From: a virus
Length of the DNA stretch: 64,000 nt
Virus record (IMG/VR): IMGVR_UViG_3300046457_000175
Location: 55,290 to 119,289 of that record
Strand: one strand, 5' to 3'
Under the pieces are notes generated by a model. That model did not search any database, was not told the DNA's origin, and saw only the letters and a list, made by a program, of their open reading frames with translations. Both the position numbers and the translations under genes were made by a program. Shown in pieces: positions 1 through 9,302 of this stretch. Each line of letters starts with the position of its first letter. Position 1 is the first letter of the stretch.

Positions 1-601
1 TGTCGTCGAAGTCGATGATCTCCGGCTCGGAGTTCGATGCCTTCAACACCTCGATCGACAGGTCGATGAGAGCGTCGGCCTTCTTTGCCAGCTCCTCGCT
101 GTCGAACAGATCGAAGTGCTCGACGATGTCCTCCCAGATGGAGGTGTCGTCGATGTGGCCGTAACCCTGGATACCGACGCCGCTCTGCTTGGCGAGCGAG
201 ACCAGATGGCAGACGACGGAAGCGTGGAACGCCAGGTCGGAGCCGATCTTGCCGGACTCGATCCAGCCCTCGGTGATGTTGGCGACCTTCTCCTTCACCG
301 TGCGGACCTTGGGGAACGCCTTGCGGTAGTTCCGGAAGCCGATGGAGTGTACGGTTGCGGCCTCGGCCTTCTTCCAGTCGATGCCGGCCTGCTGAAGCTT
401 GCCCTTGATCTCCTCGGCAATCTTCTTGTTGAAGGACAGGATGATGGAGGAGCCCCGCATGCGCTCCACCGTCTTGATGATGGTGGTGGTCTTGCCGGCG
501 CCGGCCACGGCGATCAGCACCAGGGAGCTGGTACCGTTCCAGGCTTCGTGCTGGAACGCCGCCTGCTGCGGGGATGGAACCCAAATTGATGGAGCTTGCA
601 T
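1..601 (-). CDS. UvrD/Rep-like superfamily 1 DNA helicase, 5' part (runs off window)
   Basis: Own translation MQAPSIWVPSPQQAAF...LIAVAGAGKTTT...LSFNKKIAEE...ATVHSIG; GAGGA RBS; missing from ORF track because it is truncated. Confidence 0.85.
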   Translation of the reverse strand, partial: MQAPSIWVPSPQQAAFQHEAWNGTSSLVLIAVAGAGKTTTIIKTVERMRGSSIILSFNKKIAEEIKGKLQQAGIDWKKAEAATVHSIGFRNYRKAFPKVRTVKEKVANITEGWIESGKIGSDLAFHASVVCHLVSLAKQSGVGIQGYGHIDDTSIWEDIVEHFDLFDSEELAKKADALIDLSIEVLKASNSEPEIIDFDD

Positions 602-643
602 GGTCCTCGTCTCGGTCTTTGGTGGGGGACGGTTAGCATTGCG

Positions 644-658
644 TTTGCATTCAAGCAA
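644..658 (-). promoter_or_regulatory. TTGCTTGAATGCAAA operator-like motif
   Basis: Exact copy upstream of the helicase gene. Confidence 0.7.
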
Positions 659-666
659 ACAAAAAA

Positions 667-1086
667 TCAAACGTCGACGGTCTCATTGGTCAGGGCGACG
701 TCTAGCTGTGCCGGCGACAGGCTGGCGACCATGCCGGGCATCTCGATCGCCCGGAGAGCCTTCAGAGCCTTGACGATGCGGTTGGCCTTCTCCTCGGAGC
801 GAGGCTTGGCGATCAGCTCGCGGCCCTCGAAGATCAGCCAGCAGTTGTCGTAGATGTCCTGGATCGCGAACACCTCGTCGTTCTCGCCGAAGAAGATGGT
901 CTTGATCTCCGGAGTGAGGTACTGCGACTGGACCATCGACGCATAGCAGTGCTTGTCGAGCAGCCCTTTGTTGATCAGGCTTTTCGCCGAATTGACGTAG
1001 CCCTTGGACAGATACAGCGTGTTCATTGGCTCGGCGATCACACGAGCGATGATGCGCTCTTGCAGCTTAGTGAGGGTCTTGGCCAT
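667..1086 (-). CDS. Hypothetical protein (139 aa)
   Basis: MAKTLTKLQ start with AGGAGG RBS. Confidence 0.75.
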   Translation of the reverse strand: MAKTLTKLQERIIARVIAEPMNTLYLSKGYVNSAKSLINKGLLDKHCYASMVQSQYLTPEIKTIFFGENDEVFAIQDIYDNCWLIFEGRELIAKPRSEEKANRIVKALKALRAIEMPGMVASLSPAQLDVALTNETVDV

Positions 1087-1153
1087 TTCAATCCTCCTTG
1101 TCTTTGCATGCATGCAAGTGGCCGGGCAGCGTGAGCCACCCGGCCAGATGCGA

Positions 1154-1561
1154 TTACAGCTCGGCGGCGAGCTTGCGGAGTTCCTCCAGGGACGACCCGC
1201 CCAGCTTCTCGGCCTCCTTGGCGGCGATCAGCGCCAGGATCTGCTGCTTCTTCTCGCGGTTCGACGCGGTCTCGGCAGCCTTCTCGGCCTCGCCCTGCTT
1301 CGTCTCGACGACGTACTTGACGATGTCGAAGGCGAGCTGCGTCTCGTTGTCGGCTTTGCGGCCGGAGCTGAGGAACGGCAGATCGTCGTCGCTGCTGTCC
1401 TTCAGCCGGCGGTTCAGCTCACGCGCGATGCTGGCAAGATCATTGCCGGCCTTCGCCTTGGTGGTGATGGGCAGATCCCACAGCTGCTCCGCCGTGATGC
1501 CGCCGACCGCCGCCGGGAAACGGATCTTGAGGCGCGCGGCCTTCTCGAACAAGTCTGACAT
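1154..1561 (-). CDS. Conserved phage protein (MSDLFEKAARLKIRF type)
   Basis: Phage-type coiled-coil ORF that I recall next to the large upstream gene in other phages. Confidence 0.75.
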   Translation of the reverse strand: MSDLFEKAARLKIRFPAAVGGITAEQLWDLPITTKAKAGNDLASIARELNRRLKDSSDDDLPFLSSGRKADNETQLAFDIVKYVVETKQGEAEKAAETASNREKKQQILALIAAKEAEKLGGSSLEELRKLAAEL

Positions 1562-1575
1562 TTTAGTCCTTTCGC

Positions 1576-3639
1576 TTAGAAGATGACCTTGACGGTCCGG
1601 TTGAAACTGCCCTTCACTTTGACCAGGAGTTCGTTCCGCTGTGTGCTGGAGAACCCGAGACCGCTGATCTGGTCGGCCGACGACTCGGCCTTCATCTTCG
1701 AGCCGACCAGCTCGATGACCTTCCGATGCTTGTCGAGTTCTGCCCTGAGAAACTCATTGTAGAACCCGCGCGCCTGCCCGTCGTTGAGGCAGCCGTCCAG
1801 CATGAAGAAGTAGTGCTTGTTGCCGACGCCGTGCCCGTTCCAGAAGTTCGGGGACAGCATCATCATGTCGACCTTGTGGAATGCCTGCGTCTGCAGACCC
1901 CAGCTGGTCTTGGTTGTCTGCGAAGTCGGGAGCATCTCCAGGACCTTGAACTGGCCCTTCTTCAGCTCGATCTTCGCGACCGTGACCCACTCCTTTTGCT
2001 TGAGCGCGGCGGGGTACTCGAACTCGTAGAGGTTACCGCCGCACTCGATCTCGGCGCTGAACCCGGAATCCGTGGGAGGGCGCCGCGACCAGTTGTGGAT
2101 CTTGAAGGTGTAGACACCCTCAGGCATTTTGCTCAGGCTCGGGAACGTGATGTTCTCGACCGGGACATAGCCCGCCGGCGCCGCATCGACGTAGTCGACG
2201 TCCTGGATGCCGCCAGAGATATGGTCCTTGCGGTTATTCCATCCCACTCGGCGTCCGGCCGGATAGCGGTCGCTGCATCCGCCGGCATGCTCTGACGAGC
2301 CCGGCATGAACACATGCAGGTCCATCAGGCTGGCGTTGCGGCCGATGTGGTTCCACATGTGGGTGAACCGCAGCACGCCATCGACGCGGCCACCACGCTG
2401 CTGCACCTTCTGCCGCATCGAGTCCGCGATGTCGCCGTTGTAGGACCACGAGAAGTTGTTGTCCCACTTGAACAGCGGAGCTGCTGTCGGATCGACCGGA
2501 GCAACCAGGCTGACCAGGTTGTTGATGTGCTGGTTCTCCAGCATCACCTCGATCGACTCGGCGTTCGGAACGATCTGCGAGATGAACTTCTCGATCGGCA
2601 CTTCCTCGACCTTGTCGAGCTTGCGGGTCGAGGGCTTCTTGGTCGGGATCGTATCGAACACGTCGCCGGTCATGACCTTGCGGACTGCGCCATCGACGAA
2701 CAGGATGTTCTCGACCGAGATGTCCGTCTTCGCTGCGTACCGGCGCTCCAGGGCGGACGTCAGCCCCAGCTCGACGATGGTCTCCTTGGCCTTGGCGACC
2801 ATGGCCGGCGTGACCAGGGCGGTGCTGCGCTTGTAGTTCTCCGGGGCAACGACAGCCTCGAACTTGCCGACAGCCTTCTCGAGTTCCATGCCCTCCGACA
2901 GGTCGACCAGCAGGGTGCCGATCGCGGTGTTGCGGATCTTGGAGACGGCGCCCGGCAGCGTCTTGATCTGAGACCACACGAACGCATCGCGGTCGGCGAC
3001 CGGCAGCTCGTCGAAGGCCGCCTTGACCTTACGGAAGGTGTCGACTGCGAACTTCTGCTCGGTGCCGCGGTACAGCGAGTTCTGAGCGATCAGGTCCAGG
3101 ACCGTATCGACAGCATCCATCGCCAGCTCGTTGCAGCTGCGCAGCAGAACGTCGTGGAGCGCACGGGTGTCGCCATGACGAGGCCCGATCTTGTCGCCAG
3201 CGAGGACACTGGCGGGCGGGATGCGGACGAAGAAGTGGTCCCAGGTCTTGACCTGGCCGAGGACGTCCTCGAAGTTCTTGTCGGTGCCTGCGGTGGCCTC
3301 GGTGTAGAGGAACTCGTTGTCGATCGGCTTCGATTTGACCAGCGCGGCCATGGCATCGGACACGATCTGGTAGTTCGGGTCGCCGACCTTGCCGTCCCAG
3401 ATCGTTACGATCTTGCCCTCGACGATCGACACGACGTTGCCGACCGCGCGGATGAACTGGCGGCAGCAGCTGCAATCATGCTCGGCGCGCTCGCGGTAGG
3501 TCTGGTTGGTGCCTTCGGGAAAGCTGCCGAGGTAGGCGGCATAGAGGTCATCCTTCTCGACGGTGGTGCAGAACAGCGCACCCTTGCTCATCTTGGCGAA
3601 CTGCTTCGCGACGGCGTTCTTGAACAGACAGAAGTCCAT
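1576..3639 (-). CDS. Large conserved phage protein (about 687 aa) with HDCSCC motif and a C-terminal YfaP/DUF2135-like domain
   Basis: True start MDFCLFKNAV at 3639; motifs EHDCSCCRQFI and MDLHV..P..GGIQDVDY..PVENITF..GVYTFKIHNW. Confidence 0.75.
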   Translation of the reverse strand: MDFCLFKNAVAKQFAKMSKGALFCTTVEKDDLYAAYLGSFPEGTNQTYRERAEHDCSCCRQFIRAVGNVVSIVEGKIVTIWDGKVGDPNYQIVSDAMAALVKSKPIDNEFLYTEATAGTDKNFEDVLGQVKTWDHFFVRIPPASVLAGDKIGPRHGDTRALHDVLLRSCNELAMDAVDTVLDLIAQNSLYRGTEQKFAVDTFRKVKAAFDELPVADRDAFVWSQIKTLPGAVSKIRNTAIGTLLVDLSEGMELEKAVGKFEAVVAPENYKRSTALVTPAMVAKAKETIVELGLTSALERRYAAKTDISVENILFVDGAVRKVMTGDVFDTIPTKKPSTRKLDKVEEVPIEKFISQIVPNAESIEVMLENQHINNLVSLVAPVDPTAAPLFKWDNNFSWSYNGDIADSMRQKVQQRGGRVDGVLRFTHMWNHIGRNASLMDLHVFMPGSSEHAGGCSDRYPAGRRVGWNNRKDHISGGIQDVDYVDAAPAGYVPVENITFPSLSKMPEGVYTFKIHNWSRRPPTDSGFSAEIECGGNLYEFEYPAALKQKEWVTVAKIELKKGQFKVLEMLPTSQTTKTSWGLQTQAFHKVDMMMLSPNFWNGHGVGNKHYFFMLDGCLNDGQARGFYNEFLRAELDKHRKVIELVGSKMKAESSADQISGLGFSSTQRNELLVKVKGSFNRTVKVIF

Positions 3640-3646
3640 GGTGGCT

Positions 3647-4111
3647 TTAATCCTTGATGATTTCTTTGATGGAGGTGTTGGCGACGAAGCCGAAGAAGCC
3701 TTCCTCGGACTCGACCATGATCGTCTTGTCGGTATCCTCACGGTCGGAGTCGCCGACCACATAGATGCCGTCCGGAGCGTCCTCGTCTCCCTCGACACGG
3801 ACCTTGTCGCCGGGATTGACGACAAGAACCCGCATCGCATCGGGAGTTGATGCAGCCTTGTCGTGCCAGACCGAAGACAGCTGCTCGCCGTCCAGGAACA
3901 GGCCATCCTCGCTGAGGACGGCCCGCCCATCGGTGGCGTCGTTCACCGCCACGCGAACGTCCGTGAGGCGGACGACCTCATCTTCATCCTCGCACCCAGC
4001 AGCAAGGCGAGTTTTCACCAGGTCGAAAGCCGGGTGATCCACCGCCAAGGTCCAGGGACGGCCCTTGGCGATGAAGAAGATTGACGTGTCGGTGATGACG
4101 CTGGCGATCAT
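3647..4111 (-). CDS. rIIB: Short RIIB-like protein (N-terminal part only)
   Basis: Directly downstream of rIIA; N-terminus (HPAFDLVK...LFLDGEQL) resembles rIIB N-termini. Confidence 0.5.
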   Translation of the reverse strand: MIASVITDTSIFFIAKGRPWTLAVDHPAFDLVKTRLAAGCEDEDEVVRLTDVRVAVNDATDGRAVLSEDGLFLDGEQLSSVWHDKAASTPDAMRVLVVNPGDKVRVEGDEDAPDGIYVVGDSDREDTDKTIMVESEEGFFGFVANTSIKEIIKD

Positions 4112-4128
4112 GTTGAGCTCCGGTTGGA

Positions 4129-6255
4129 TCAGGCGGCGAGGTCGAAGTCTTCGACGAGGTCTTCGACGCAGCCGTCCTCGTCGTTGTCGTTCGCGGCTTC
4201 GGGTCGGGCGAGAAGCGAGAAGTAGTGCTTCAGCTTCGCCGCCTTCTCCTGACCACGGTGGCTGTACTCGTACGCTTCGACGATCGTCTTCAGCAGCAGG
4301 TATTCATTGCAGAGAAGATTGAAGCGCGCTTCGATCGCCTGGATCGGACACGTCACTTCCGGCGTGTCGATCTGAACGCCGATCTTTTTCAGTGCCGAAT
4401 AGGCCTTGTCGCTCTCGGTTGCTGCGGTCGAGTTGTTTTGCAACGAGCGATAGAGGGTCTTGAGATCACGCATGAATGCGAGAACGTCCTCCGGAGCCTG
4501 ACGGATCCGGATCGTCGCCACTTGCTGAAGGTTGGAGTTCAGGTTGTGGATCGTCTTCTTGTGCAGACCCGTGAACTCAGCGACGTTCACTCGCCCCTTC
4601 AGTTCCTCGACCATGTCGTTGGCCAGCATGGTCCAGTCGCCCGGAACGTCCTGGTCGCTCGACTTGACGAGGATGACGGTGCCGACCTCGATCAGCTCGA
4701 ACTCCACCATCGACCTGATGAAGCTCTCGGTTGAGTTGAAGTCCATCGAGCCGGCCTGGGCATCGTGTAGCCGGTACCAGTCACTCCCGCCGCGACGGCG
4801 ACGGTACGTCCCCGGCATGCTCTCGACCATCACGCCGCCCTCGGCCAGGTCAACGTCTTGGGTGAGACGTTGCAGACCGTGGTTGGTGACGACCAAGGTC
4901 TTGCGCTTGCGGATCGTCTTGCTGACCCGTTTGGCGACTGGCACCTTGAAGGTGTCGAGATCGATGACCTCGGGATTGCCGAGCGCATTGAGCACTTCGT
5001 CGCGAAACACACGCTTGCAGCGCACCCAGAGCACCTTCTGACCGACCAGCTCAGCCATGTGGAAGCGGCTGAGCGAGTAGCTCGGATTGTGCTCGATCAC
5101 GATCTTGGCGTCGGCGGCCCACTTCGTGCGGACGCCCTTGTCCTCGAACTTCTCGAACTGTTGCCAGCCTTCCTGGAGCATGTCCGTCTTGAAGTTTGCC
5201 TTGACCAGCATCGCCGGGATGTAGGCGTCGCGCCACCTCACCACGTCGCGAAGCCGGCCTTGCCGGGTGGCGCCCAGCATGTCGGTCTCGTCGTCGAAGA
5301 TTTCGGCGGCTTCGAACAGGGTCTCGGCGGCATCCAGCTTGTCGCGGAGCTGGTCGAGGAAGCTGTCCTCGTACTGCTTGACCAGGTTCTTCAGCGTGGT
5401 CCGGGTCGTGTCATCATAGGCCAGTTCCTCGCGGGACAGCGTGACCTTGAGCGAGCCGATGGGAGCGTCGAACAGAACCTCGTCGCTGACATCGAGGAAG
5501 CCGCTGTTCTCGATCTGGCGCAGGTCGAAGGGATACATGACGCAGCCCATGCGAACGCGCGGACCTTGGAACGGCACGGTGCCGGTCTTGAACTTGGTCC
5601 AGTTATCGCCCTCGCTTTCGACGACCGGCTCCTTCCAGGTGATCGCGTCCCGGGGGAAAATCTTCGGGCGCGGATGGAAGGACCACAGGATGGAGCGAGC
5701 GCCACCGACGAAGTGGTCAATGTCTTCGCGGCGGACGGCGAACGAGACGTCCAGCCCGTTCCGCTCCTCGGTTGGGACGGTGGCCATCAGGCGCATGACC
5801 GGAGCGCCGTCCTGAGCCAGCGAGAGCACATAGGAGCGCATCACGCCGTCATGGTAGGACGTCACGTAGTAGGAGCCGGCGCCGCTGTCCCCGATCAGAT
5901 AGGCGAACGGGCTCTTGGAGCCGAGGCCCCAGCCGCCGACCTGCTCGTTGGTGCCGCGCTTGGTCGAGGCGTAGAGACGAGCATAGACGTTGACCATCTG
6001 GTCGTGGCTCATGCCGGAGCCGTAGTCGCGAACCCGGAACACCGGGTTGAGTCGGGTCGGAAGATGGACCTCGAAGTCGCCGCGGGAAGCGTCCCAGGCG
6101 TTGGTGGACAGCTCCCGGATCGGATACTTGATCTTGTCCTTGGCGAGACCGGAGATCTGGGCGTAGAACGCCACACTGTTCGCCTCGAAGGCGATCTTGA
6201 TCTCGTCCTGCACGCCGGTTGCGACGTCAACGTGGTCCTTCATTCCGAGCTGCAT
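4129..6255 (-). CDS. rIIA: RIIA-like protein with GHKL ATPase domain
   Basis: IRELSTNAWDA, FRVRDYGSGMS, STKRGTNEQVGGWGLGSKSPFAY. Confidence 0.9.
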   Translation of the reverse strand: MQLGMKDHVDVATGVQDEIKIAFEANSVAFYAQISGLAKDKIKYPIRELSTNAWDASRGDFEVHLPTRLNPVFRVRDYGSGMSHDQMVNVYARLYASTKRGTNEQVGGWGLGSKSPFAYLIGDSGAGSYYVTSYHDGVMRSYVLSLAQDGAPVMRLMATVPTEERNGLDVSFAVRREDIDHFVGGARSILWSFHPRPKIFPRDAITWKEPVVESEGDNWTKFKTGTVPFQGPRVRMGCVMYPFDLRQIENSGFLDVSDEVLFDAPIGSLKVTLSREELAYDDTTRTTLKNLVKQYEDSFLDQLRDKLDAAETLFEAAEIFDDETDMLGATRQGRLRDVVRWRDAYIPAMLVKANFKTDMLQEGWQQFEKFEDKGVRTKWAADAKIVIEHNPSYSLSRFHMAELVGQKVLWVRCKRVFRDEVLNALGNPEVIDLDTFKVPVAKRVSKTIRKRKTLVVTNHGLQRLTQDVDLAEGGVMVESMPGTYRRRRGGSDWYRLHDAQAGSMDFNSTESFIRSMVEFELIEVGTVILVKSSDQDVPGDWTMLANDMVEELKGRVNVAEFTGLHKKTIHNLNSNLQQVATIRIRQAPEDVLAFMRDLKTLYRSLQNNSTAATESDKAYSALKKIGVQIDTPEVTCPIQAIEARFNLLCNEYLLLKTIVEAYEYSHRGQEKAAKLKHYFSLLARPEAANDNDEDGCVEDLVEDFDLAA

Positions 6256-6291
6256 TGTCAGTTCCTTCTTGAATGTCTGTGTTGGTTGTGA

Positions 6292-7269
6292 TCAGGAGGC
6301 GGCGCTGAACAGATCGTCGATGTCATCGAAGATGCTGGGCCGGTTGGGTTGCTTCTGCGACTCGGCTTTGCCGTGGACTGCGTCGTGGAGCTGGTCGAAG
6401 GTGACGCCGCTATTCTCCAGGAAGGCGGCAACCTTGTCGGCGTGGTGCCAGACGATGTCACGAAGGGTCTCCTCGCGACGGTAGCGAAGGCCGCCGAACG
6501 AAGCTCCAGAACCCTTCGTCGCCTTGAACTTCGGCTTGGCAAAAGGGTCGCGTTCGATCACCAGCTTTGACTGGTCGATCTTGACCATCCAGTTGCGCAG
6601 CTCGATCAGGTGGCCGACATCGAGCGCCTCCTGGGGGCGATGCTCGTTGTAGTAGCCGACCGAAATGTTGGTGCATTCCGCAACCAGGTTTCGGTACTGT
6701 TTGGTGTCGGTCAGCACCCCGGTGTCGTCCAGCTTGAAGCGTGACGGCAGCTGAGCCACCATTGAGTTGCCGAACGTGTCGGAGCAGGTGCGCTGCCCCT
6801 GGTGGGTGATGACAGAGCCGGTGCCCTTGCGATCGAATGCGATGGCAGCCTGAATGCCGGCGAGCAGCTCGGGCTCCTTCTCGACGATGGCCCGCGATCC
6901 CACGCAACCGATCTCCTCGGCGAAGTGGAACAAGTAGAGGCCAGGCACCTTCGCCTTGATCATTTCCGCCATGATCCAGACGCCTGCAGCGCAGTCCGCG
7001 CCGAGGCAGTTCGACTTCGAATTGACGGGCAGGGAGATGTACTTCCCGTCATAGTCGACCTTCTGGTAGCCCTCCTTGGAGTGGACGCTGTCGGTGTGCG
7101 ACGACCACAGGACAGCAGGAGCTTCCCCGATCTTCAGTCGCCAGTTGCCGTGCTTGTCCATCTTCGCGCCGAGCGGGATGATGAACCTCTTGATGAACTC
7201 CATCTCACTGGCCGAGCCAGCCGGACGGCGATAAGAGAGCATCGAGATGATGGTTTCGAGATCAGACAT
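6292..7269 (-). CDS. M28/M20-family Zn peptidase-like phage protein
   Basis: SHTDSVH, LGADCAAG, AEEIGCVGS, IAFDR, NISVGYYNEH. Confidence 0.8.
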   Translation of the reverse strand: MSDLETIISMLSYRRPAGSASEMEFIKRFIIPLGAKMDKHGNWRLKIGEAPAVLWSSHTDSVHSKEGYQKVDYDGKYISLPVNSKSNCLGADCAAGVWIMAEMIKAKVPGLYLFHFAEEIGCVGSRAIVEKEPELLAGIQAAIAFDRKGTGSVITHQGQRTCSDTFGNSMVAQLPSRFKLDDTGVLTDTKQYRNLVAECTNISVGYYNEHRPQEALDVGHLIELRNWMVKIDQSKLVIERDPFAKPKFKATKGSGASFGGLRYRREETLRDIVWHHADKVAAFLENSGVTFDQLHDAVHGKAESQKQPNRPSIFDDIDDLFSAAS

Positions 7270-7278
7270 GAGGTTTCC

Positions 7279-8742
7279 TTAAGCAACCCGGCGGTGGCGA
7301 GTGAGGATGAGTTCGTTGATGTTGGGGTGACCAGGGCGATCGATGTCATCGACGATGAACATGTCTGCACTCTTGCCGCTGATCTTTGAGAGGACGGTCA
7401 TGTCGTCCGAGCCGACGTCGAAGCCGGTGAAAGCCTTGCGACGACCGCGAGGCTTCTTCTGGGGCTGGATCTCCGTGAACTCGTTGCCGTCCTCGTCGTA
7501 GAGATCGGCGACGCTACGATGCATCCGCTTGTCGCCCTTCTGGACCATCTCGCTCTTGGGCCAGTTCCGTCCCGTGAAGATGCAGTGCTCGCCATGCTCT
7601 GCGAACCACTCCTTGGACCACTGCACTTGGCGGTTCTGAGAGCCGTGACCCAGGAGCACCCTGCAATCGCGGTCCCAAAGCTTTCCGCTGCCAGCGCAGG
7701 TGAAGGCGTACTGGTCGATCGCATGGGTAGACCACAGTTGATCGGCGCCGTGGACGTACCGCATGTTGCTGACCGGATAGGCGGAGCCGATCTTTGGGCA
7801 GCGAGCCTGTAGGACCGAATGGCCGGACGACGAGCTGGTGACGTACTTCGGGCCAGCCTCTGTCGGAGCGGCAGCAGCCGTCACGAAGTGGTCGCCCATG
7901 TCGATGCCGACGCCGATGTCGTCGAAGTAAGGCATGACGAACTCGTGTTCGTCGTCTTCGGTCGGGATCTTCAGGAGTCGAGCACCGACGAACGTGTCCT
8001 GCTTGTTGCCTGTCCCCTTGCGGAGATCGTCGTAGCCTTCGTTGGCGAGGGCAGACCGCATCGCTTCGACCGCGCCATAGCATCGGCCATGAAGCTTCTT
8101 CTCCGGCCAGCAGAGCGCGCGTGACTGGATGCGGCCCTTGCTGTTCTTGGTGTAGGCGACTGCCAGGTCGCCAGCGCCGTAAGGAGCGACCGGCCATTCC
8201 GGGAGATCGTGGAAGTCGTGAGCGCCATCCATGCACGACGACGGGCCGTGCTTGTAGACGTAGACGATCTCCTCCGGCGTCGTCGCATAGAAGACCTCGC
8301 CGCTCGGATCGATGGCAGCGATCAGCTCGCGACGGCGCTTGTCGACCATCTTCCTGTCGTCGGTCTCGTAGAACCGGCTGATGTAGCGGCCCGGAGTGAG
8401 GGCGGTCAGCTTCTGGATGATCCCGTGATCCTCGCTCTCGATGAACGCGATCTTGCTGATGTCGGGAGCCCACAGATGGGCGAAGTGATCTTTGATCGGT
8501 TCCAGGTCCCACTTCTTTGGCAGCAGTGTCAGCTCGCCCGAATCCAGGCGCTTCTGCATCGCAGCTCGCCAGTCGCCTGCCTGAGCAATGCGTCGGCACT
8601 GGACCTTGAGGCCGCTCGAAGCAGCTACTGTTTTGGAAGCCTTTGCTGCATCGGCTCCCTTGTCGAACGTTCCGCAGTCCGGCAGAGGCGTCTCAACGAG
8701 ATTGCCGTCTGCGTCGCGGTCCAACCTGACCAGGTAGAACAT
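7279..8742 (-). CDS. Conserved phage hypothetical protein (487 aa)
   Basis: GGAG RBS before MFYLVRL; GPSSCM and MPYFD motifs; Cys-rich C-terminal part. Confidence 0.75.
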   Translation of the reverse strand: MFYLVRLDRDADGNLVETPLPDCGTFDKGADAAKASKTVAASSGLKVQCRRIAQAGDWRAAMQKRLDSGELTLLPKKWDLEPIKDHFAHLWAPDISKIAFIESEDHGIIQKLTALTPGRYISRFYETDDRKMVDKRRRELIAAIDPSGEVFYATTPEEIVYVYKHGPSSCMDGAHDFHDLPEWPVAPYGAGDLAVAYTKNSKGRIQSRALCWPEKKLHGRCYGAVEAMRSALANEGYDDLRKGTGNKQDTFVGARLLKIPTEDDEHEFVMPYFDDIGVGIDMGDHFVTAAAAPTEAGPKYVTSSSSGHSVLQARCPKIGSAYPVSNMRYVHGADQLWSTHAIDQYAFTCAGSGKLWDRDCRVLLGHGSQNRQVQWSKEWFAEHGEHCIFTGRNWPKSEMVQKGDKRMHRSVADLYDEDGNEFTEIQPQKKPRGRRKAFTGFDVGSDDMTVLSKISGKSADMFIVDDIDRPGHPNINELILTRHRRVA

Positions 8743-8752
8743 ATTTGCTCCG

Positions 8753-8767
8753 TTTGCATTCAAGCAT
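8753..8767 (-). promoter_or_regulatory. Operator-like motif (ATGCTTGAATGCAAA)
   Basis: One mismatch to consensus; abuts RBS. Confidence 0.65.
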
Positions 8768-8839
8768 GCCGGCAGGCATGGCTTTCCCTTGGATGGCCCG
8801 CGGAACCTGAATTGGTCCCGCGAACCGCGACAGCTCTTA

Positions 8840-8854
8840 TTTGCATTCAAGCAA
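8840..8854 (-). promoter_or_regulatory. Operator-like motif TTGCTTGAATGCAAA
   Basis: Exact copy. Confidence 0.7.
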
Positions 8855-9104
8855 GCAGAAGAGCAAGTGAAATTTCAGCCCCCAATTGGGCATTTAGTGC
8901 AGGTCTATCTCGCGAATTAAAAAGGCGAAGCCAGATGACAGCCTCGCCGCATTTGAGAACGATCATTTTTGACGCCCTTACTGTTACTCTTTTGGGGTTC
9001 TGTCCGCCCCGTCATAGCCAAAAGAGGTCTTTGCAATGTGATGCTTTCAGTCAGTCATTTCAGATGCAGTCGCCGGCTCTACCGCGTCGGCCAGCTCTCC
9101 TGGT

Positions 9105-9302
9105 TCAGTCCTCCTTGTCCACGTAGTCGATGATGAAAGATGCAAGGCCATCCTCGTGAGCTGCATCGCAGACCGCGTCGATGTTCTTGTACTGGCCGTG
9201 CCAGCGTTTTCCGGGCCACTTCGCCCGGAGTGTGGTCCCGTTCAGCCTGGCGCAGAGCACAGGCTTGCCGGCTTGTTCGTCAGAGTCATCGGCCATGATC
9301 AC
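9105..9302 (-). CDS. Hypothetical protein
   Basis: GTGA overlap with upstream ORF. Confidence 0.6.
   Translation of the reverse strand: MIMADDSDEQAGKPVLCARLNGTTLRAKWPGKRWHGQYKNIDAVCDAAHEDGLASFIIDYVDKED

Noticed and set aside
3640-3930. N-terminal 97 aa of the 784-aa ORF in the track
   Set aside because: Overlaps the rIIB-like gene in another frame; the protein-like sequence begins at MDFCLF (3639)
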